Assembly: GCF_009914755.1 (NCBI RefSeq)
Contig: NC_060928.1
Source: the human T2T-CHM13v2.0 reference genome, Homo sapiens
Strand: one strand, 5' to 3'
Length of the DNA: 64,000 nt
Below the pieces are notes generated by a model. That model ran no database searches. It was not told the DNA's origin and saw only the letters and a list, made by a program, of their open reading frames with translations. Positions 53,901-64,000 of this stretch are shown here, in pieces. The stretch's first letter is position 1. Every line of letters starts with the position of its first letter. The translations under genes were made by a program, and so were the position numbers.

Positions 53901-54328
53901 ACATATATATCTGGTTCAGAATATACTTAAAGCTTAAATGCTACTTAAGGAATCATTTTCTTGTACCTAGAAAATACTTACACATTTCATAAGCAAATTT
54001 CTTGATATAAAATTAATTTATTCTACCAAAATATTTTATATCATATTTACCATTTCTAAGAGTAGTCTCTATTCACCCTGAGAGGGTCAATATCAGAAGT
54101 CAATACCAACTACTTCTGTTCTTATTTTTTGCAGGTAGAAATTTATCTAAATAATAAATTTCTTTTTATATTAATAAAATGGAAGCTCCCATTTTAACTG
54201 TAATGAATTCTTTTATTGCCTAAGCTTTTCTTGATGCTCATGCTTTTTAAAATTTTCTAAGGACAGAAAAGATAATAGCTTGACATAACTTGAAATATCA
54301 AATCCTCTATATACACTAATTAGTCATC

Positions 54329-54701
54329 AGATACGGTTTGGCTGTGTCCTCACCCAAATCTCATCTTGAATTGTGGTTCCCATAATCCCCACATGTTGTG
54401 GGAGGGACTCAGTGGGAGGTAATTGAATCATGGGGGCAGTAACCCACATTTTGTTCTCATGACAGTGAGTGAGTTCTCACAAGATCTGATGGTTTTATAA
54501 GGGGCTTTTCCTTCTTTTGCTGGGCACTTCTCTGTGCTGTCATGTGAAGGAGGACATATTTGCTCCCCCTTCTGCCATGATTGCAAGTTTCCTGAGACCT
54601 CCCCAGCCCTCTGGAACTACAAGTCAATTAAACCTCTTTCCTTTATAAATTACCCAGTCTTGAGTATGTCTTTATTAGCAGCGTGTGAATGGACTAATAC
54701 A
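54329..54701 (+). mobile_element. THE1C-like solo LTR
   Basis: gatacggtttggctgtgtc...ggactaataca; perfect 5-bp TSD tcatc (54324-54328, 54702-54706). Confidence 0.95.
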
Positions 54702-55504
54702 TCATCTCTAAGTATAATATTGTTTCATTGTAACAGTATTTAGAAAGAAAATTATCATGACTCTAATTTTATTTTATATATTCTTTCTGGTGGCAGAGTC
54801 TGGAAACAACCATAGAAATGGCACCTCAGATGGGGAAGGAAATGAAGAACAAGTCATCGGCTTTGAATTTCAGGGGCTGAAGTAGAGAATATATTTGATG
54901 TCTGCCACATTTTTTTACCCTTCAGTGACACTTCTGTCCATGTTATTGATATCACTGACAAATAAACTATCTGCTGCATGACTGGGGGATGAAGAATAAG
55001 GGTGATCGAAATGAATTCTCACCTTAAACTACCATGTTGGCCATCCACAATGTGGCCCAGAAGTGCAAGGGTCTGGACATTGTTGCAATACATATCATAT
55101 TACAGACCACAGGAGGAAATACAGCCAAGATCCCTGGGCCTGGGGCTCAGTCAGTTCTCAGTGCCTTTGCTCATTAAGGAAAGGAGACTGGACAGATTAA
55201 AGATGTCATTGACATCTTATGACAGCACTCACAGGAAGAAGGGTCACTGTTGTAGCCGTCTGTGAAAAAGAATACTCAAAATATTGTTTTATGTTTATAA
55301 ATTGCCCTTGATTAAGCCAAAAATGTATATTAACTCTAAAGAATAAATATTTCTGAGTTAAGGAAGTGTTCTTAATAAACAAGCATACCAATGAGATGCT
55401 ATTTTTAAGTAAATACAAATTCTTCTCTTTTTCACTTTATTTTGCATGACATTACATTAGCTAGCCTGAGTTATCCAGCTGACACAAGTTATATGACGTT
55501 GTGA

Positions 55505-55804
<300 letters not shown>

Positions 55805-58240
55805 TGATTAGGATTTTTATAGCAAAAGTAATATGGATTGAAATATTTTAAGTTTTTGACATTCAAAATAGTATTAGCTCTCAATGTAACAGAATTTAAA
55901 GCCAGTTTCACTAAGAGAAGACATGTTATAAAATCTGTATCATATAAAAGCCAATCTAGAGAGTTCAGAGCTGCTATTATATTTGGGATATATCATCTCA
56001 ATTTATGATGGCTAGGCTATACATGTTTCTGCCAAGGGAAGAAGGGTTATGTGATTTAAAGGATATGAAAGGCCTGATGCTAGGCCCTTCTTGACCTATA
56101 AAGCAAGGAAATTATGGAAGAGTGAGTGGCCATTATTTACAGTATTGGTTTTACTCCTACTCATTTTCTACAGTCTTTGGAAGAAGAGGAGCTATTCGAA
56201 ATCTGTAAGAAGAAATCTGGGGGCCAGATGACATTGAAATTAGTGGCAGAAACCCCTAAATAAACTAAAGGGAGGATTGTGGCTTCTCGAGGAAGCTATC
56301 CATATGGTCACTTCCAGCATAAACAATGTAATAAAAATATACCATCAGGAAGTAGGCTCTAGAAATGTGATACTATTGCAAAATTAGTCATTTGTCCATG
56401 GTATTTACATAGTGTATACAGAACCCATGATGAGGGACTAAAATGCACCGAAAACATTAATAGACTAGCATAGGTCTGGAGCAGAAGGAAAGGATTTAGT
56501 GATTGATTTCTACCTACTGGCAAATAATCTAGGTAGAATATTTGCACCACAGCTGGTAATACATATTAGGGAGCAAAGCAGTCCAGAGACTCCACAAGAG
56601 AGCTGCATAGCTTACTAAAGATGAACAACATAATTCCCTGTTAACCAGAGAACACAAAAACACCTCCAATATAGGTTCCATCTTGGGAAACGAAACAGAA
56701 GAGGAGTAATTATAAAGAGGTACCACTGTCTTAAAAATATTGAATTATCCCAAATTTTATTTCCATGGTTTGAAATAATATTAAGGAGTTATAGACATTT
56801 GGCTTAAAAAACGTTTATTAAGCATCTACTATAGAGATTTCTCTGTAAGATCCTTTAGGAATATAAATGCACTAGCTGCTTACCTCATACCTATTGCTAT
56901 GTGAAAACAAAAACAATTGACTATAGAATATGATTTTTCCAGCTAAGTAACTAAAACTACACTAGCTTGTGTCTTCATAGAACATGATAGTCAGAACATG
57001 TTAATTGCTGGTTCCATGACTGAAGAAGCTTCATGTCTCATGCCTACCTCGCATGCCTCCATATCCTTTACTTTTCAATAGAGTCTGGCACAGAGTGACT
57101 ATTCAATAAATGTTTGCAGAAATAATGAATTCCAGCCTCTGAGTCAATGCCTTCCTTTTCAGATGTCAATGCAAATAAACACTATTCTTATTGTTCCTAT
57201 GCCTGAAAACACTGAAAATAGCCCTCTCACAATTTGGAAACCACAATTTCCAATCAGGCTTCTGTGAAGCTTCTTTTTCACTGAGTGCCACTTCCTTCTC
57301 TTGTGGTGTGCGCCACCTTTAAGATGTTGCCAACACTAGTTACAGAACTATAAACTCATGATAATTCTAATTTTAAGGGGTATTTCATTCTGTGGCTACA
57401 TCTCTGTTACATGTTCTGGAATCCAGGCAAGTAGCTGCCATCAACCAGAGATGAGTATTGTGCCACCAAAAAAACTAAAAGCATCCTAGAAAGAGTGATG
57501 GTGTCTGGAGAGAGGGGAGAGTGAAAATAAACTTCAAGAATAAAGAAGTGTTCAAGCTAGGTCTTAAAAGGACATCAATGTTCATAGAAAAAAGACACTG
57601 TAAAATAAGAAAAGGAATAATAGAGCCAACTTTACAAGGTATTAGGGAGATACAATAGTTTTTTTTTGCCAAATATCCTACCCATGTTAACATATTGGCT
57701 CATTTATTTTGAAATTTCAACATTTTAAACAGCAGTAGAGAAACACACCATATTTTAACATTCTGCATTATTTTATTATCTTATTTACATATATAGTAAA
57801 TGGAGGAAAACTGTTCTTGTGACTCAGAATATAATTGATATTTAAGTCAGTTAATTCTACTTTCTCATGGGTATAGGCTGAAATGTCATCTTACTTTTCT
57901 CAATTTAACAGAATATAGATTTCTATTAATATCAAATTCTAAATAAAATGAAAAGATTACATTCATGTCCAAAACATATTAGTAAAAATATTATTTAAAA
58001 ACATATGGTTTTACACTTCTCTCTTTTTCTCACAAGAAAATTGTGTTACACTTTTTATTGTTGCTTTTAATTGTCTTCCTGTCACTCCACATTAAAATAA
58101 CGGCTGACATCACAGAATTTAGTGGAATAACTCAACTGTTTTTTTTTATTGAAAGCTTAACCTTTAAACTACAATCTAATTTTTCCTTTAGTTTTCCAGT
58201 CTGTATTTACTATACTATTTTGTTTCACAAGGTAACAGTT

Positions 58241-60622
<2,382 letters not shown>

Positions 60623-61789
60623 GGAATAATTTCAATTTAACAAATATACATTTTAACCTTTATTACATCAATGAACAGTTTATATCAGCTTGAAGAAAAA
60701 TATAATTCACTCTAATAAATATGTTCCATTTCTCAACAATGACTATTGTGTTAGAGCTAAACTATAAAGCACAAACGTAATTTAAATTATTTCACACCTC
60801 CTCATTTGTAAAAATTTCTACTTTTATTTATCTTTTCTAATTGATCTTTTTTTTTTGCTCGTTCTTGAGAGGACACAGTAGAAAATGAAAAAACAGCAGG
60901 GAGTAAAGTTTTGATAGTATCATTACACAGGAGGGTTTTCTCCTTATAGAAGTTCTCTTACTGTTATCAGTGTTAAAACGCCTTTCATTATGTGTGTGTC
61001 TTTGAAAATTATATTAATAATTTTTAAAAGATCCAAAGCTTCATTTGGGACTGGACACAAAGGGGTGGATAATTAGTTGATGACCCAGAGGAGGCTTTTG
61101 TCTCGATGGAAATAGGCAATTTAGCCCAAGGAAGTGTTGCAGATTAGAATCCATTATATAACATTCCAGGAATTTTTTTTTTTAAATGAGAGAAGCTACT
61201 GGTAAAACACAGTAGGAAATAAAATGTGTCTTATTCAAATTAGAGAAAGTAGCCTTTGTAGTCATATGGCATTATGCTAAATACATGAGGTTAAATTTAA
61301 ACTTATCAAGTGTGATGGCTTGGGAGAAGTAAAATCTATGATTATCTGAATTGCTAAACTATGGATAAAGCTTATAAAAGACACAAATATGATTAAGTAT
61401 ATGCATCTTTGGTATTCCGTCATTTACACTTACATAAATAAATTACTAAAAAGTCTGTGAAAAAACAAAATAGTTGCAAACTAATCGCTTCACCTTTCAA
61501 ATTCTTCAAAAACACCATCTTATTTAGTTTTAAAAAACAGTTCAAATCTGTAATGTATTAAAACCACACTAAGGGCTCTTTCTCCTTTATGGTTTTTGTT
61601 TTTTTTTAATCTAAAATAATACCTTGTTTGTCACTTTAAATATAAGGAATGTGAAAAATCCCTTTATGAGAGAATAACTTTTAAAGTTATGTTTATACAA
61701 ATCCAATATTTTATTTAGATAGTTTTCTAGACAGCATTATGGCAACACATTTGATAGCTTGATTTAAACCCTGCCTCATCACAACTGAT

Positions 61790-62853
61790 GACACCAGTTG
61801 TTTTAATTTCTGAGGCCAAAAATACTGGAAGCCTTCTTGATTCATTTCTTCGTCTCACTACCCCTGCCTGTAATATCCGTGTGGATATCCTCTTGTTTCT
61901 ATCCTAAAAGTATACACAAAATTCAACCACTTCTCCCACCTTGATGAGCCATTCTCATTTCTCATTTAGATTAAAACAACGCATTATTTAATGGTCTCCT
62001 AGATTCTCTTCTTGCTGTGTTACAATTTATTTTCCACAAAGAGAAAATATTATTTGCAAAAATCACTTCTACTTACTCTTCTGTTCAAAACGCTGTGATA
62101 GGTCCCATTTTGTTACACCAGGTAGCCAGTCAGACATGAGCAGAGCAGGAGAGGGCTCCCAGGCCCTTACACATACCTGGAATGTTCGGAAGCCATCAGG
62201 TGATGGTCAGGCAGTTAGTTGTAATAATTGATTGCAGCCGTGCCAGGGAAAGGCGGTCTCCCAGTAAGGAGAAACACCTGAATCTGATGATCAGCAGCTT
62301 CCTGATAAGATCTCCAGATGCGCTTGCACTAGGAGGCAAAAGGGCAAAGCTTAACTCATATATGGCCTTCTAGGAACATTTGACTGGTAAGAGAAGAATG
62401 ACTGAAGTGAGCATGTGTATACTTCCAGTAAACATTCTACACATGCAGCTCCTCCCACATGTTGCCACGTATACACATGTAAACAGCCCACTCCAAAGAA
62501 ATAATCAGGGAAAAGAGATGCAGGACCCCAGAAGCATAGCACCGTATAAAACCCCAAGTGAAAGGTCAAACAGTGCACTTGATCTCTCAAGTGGCCCTCT
62601 TGGACCTCTTCCAAGTGTATTTCACTTCCTTTTTTTCCCCTCTCTAAAATTTTAAAATAAACTATCACTCCTGAACTAAAACTTGCCTCGGTCTCTTACT
62701 CTGCTTTATGTCCCTCAGTTGGATTCTTTCTTCTGAGGAGGCAAGAGTGGAAGTTGCTGCAGATCCACGTGGATTTGCCATCGGTAACACACTTTGGTGC
62801 CGTGTGGCTCAGATACATTCCCCAGTGCTAACAATTTCACTACTAGTAAAGCC
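61790..62853 (+). mobile_element. L2 fragment (interrupted by MER50)
   Basis: ggccaaaaatactggaagccttcttgatt...accacttctcccacc...ctgttcaaaac; attt-cact..agtaaagcca resumes after MER50. Confidence 0.65.
62111..62833 (+). mobile_element. MER50 (ERV1) solo LTR
   Basis: cagacatgagcagagcaggagaggg, ccatcaggtgatggtcaggc, tataaaa box, aataaa; TG...CA ends; 4-bp TSD attt (62107-62110, 62834-62837). Confidence 0.9.
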
Positions 62854-63162
62854 ACGCACGTTGCTCCTGCTGCTGTGTCATTCCCGTATTGGCTAGGGTT
62901 AGACCGCACAGGCTAAACTAATTTCGATTGGCTAATTTAAAGAGAATGATGGGGTGAGTACTTTGGCGGGAGTCAGGGCAGAGCAGGTAGCACGGAATCA
63001 GAATGAGTCAGGGTGGAGCAGGTGATTGAAATGAGTCAGGGTGGAGCAGATAATCAAAAAAGGTTGCTTTATGAGGAAGTTAACTTTAAAAGTAGAAGGC
63101 ACAGAATTGAACATACTGACATATTAATTCTTTGAAAAGAAATTTAGAATTCATATCTAACA
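62853..63162 (-). mobile_element. Truncated LTR10 (LTR10A/F-like)
   Basis: Colinear with 19679-20218 but without the insert; TGAGTCA at 63004-63010 and 63032-63038. Confidence 0.9.
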
Positions 63163-63169
63163 ACAACTT

Positions 63170-64000
63170 TCCAAATGGACAGAAGAGGAACAGAAAATTT
63201 GCATAAAATATATTTATTTTTAAAATGATTATAATAAAGCTGGGGAAAAATACATTATTTAAAAACTTCTCATTAAAAAAGTGTTTAAACAAGCAAAAAA
63301 TTCAGATGGCTTCCTTGATAATTTATTTTAAAAATTGAAGGGAGAAAGAATACCAATTTTAAGCAAATTCTTCCTGAAGAGTGAAAAAAGGAAAACATTC
63401 TTTAATATGGTTTGTAAGGCCAAATAGAGTCTGTTATCAAAACCCTGACAAATTTATTAGCAGGAAAATTACTGTGCAATAACTCTCATAACCCTGAGGC
63501 AAAATCCCTAAATAAAATGTTAACAAGCCAAAGGCAACACTTACTGAAAAGAATAATCCATTGTGACTCAGATGCATTCATTCCAGGAATGCAAAGTTGT
63601 TTAACATTAGAAAATCAATCAATATAGTTTAATACATTAACAAAATAAATGCATTACATGATCACCTAGTAAATGCAGAAAAATATTTCACAAAATCAAT
63701 GCTGATTCATGAAAAAAATAAAACTTCTAAGCAAACCAGGAATAGAAAGAAACTTCCCTAATGTGGGATAAAACATACCCACAAAAGAAAGAATTAATTA
63801 TTTTTAAATAACATGATGATGTACATAGAAAAATGAAATTAATTTATAAAATATTAGGATGTATATGTGGATTTAGTAAGGACTCTAGATATTTGGTCAT
63901 TTTATGAAAATTGTATCTTAATATAATTGTATTCTACATGTTAAGCAATAAAAAATTTATAAATGATTATTAAAACCATGCATTTTTATTAAGCAAATAT
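63170..64000 (+). mobile_element. Ancient L1M ORF2 (RT N-terminal region) fragment
   Basis: cagatggcttc, gcaaaatccctaaataaaat, ttcattccaggaatgcaaagttg.tttaacat, atgcagaaaaa. Confidence 0.75.

Overview
AT-rich, CpG-poor primate (very likely human) genomic DNA, either gene desert or deep intron. I find no credible protein-coding exon, RNA gene, CRISPR array or prokaryote-like system. Every long ORF in the track is an L1 ORF2 remnant or a chance frame in an Alu, LTR or low-complexity sequence. The window is a dense fossil record of mobile elements: Alu/FAM SINEs, young (L1PA), intermediate (L1PB) and ancient (L1M) LINE-1 pieces, MaLR elements (MST, THE1), ERV LTRs (LTR10, MER11, MER50, MER34/39-like, LTR16 with a decayed ERVL interior), DNA transposons (MER20, MER53, MER58, MER5A), MIR and L2. 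Family names are recalled from consensus sequences, not computed, so subfamily calls need RepeatMasker/Dfam. The most unusual structures are: a 179-bp locally copied insert inside the AP-1 repeat of an LTR10; a five-level nested insertion stack with TSDs at three levels; an Alu with an inverted left arm; a candidate unannotated retrocopy; the same non-consensus stop codon in two separate L1s; and several short local duplications. I do not see evidence for a new biological system.
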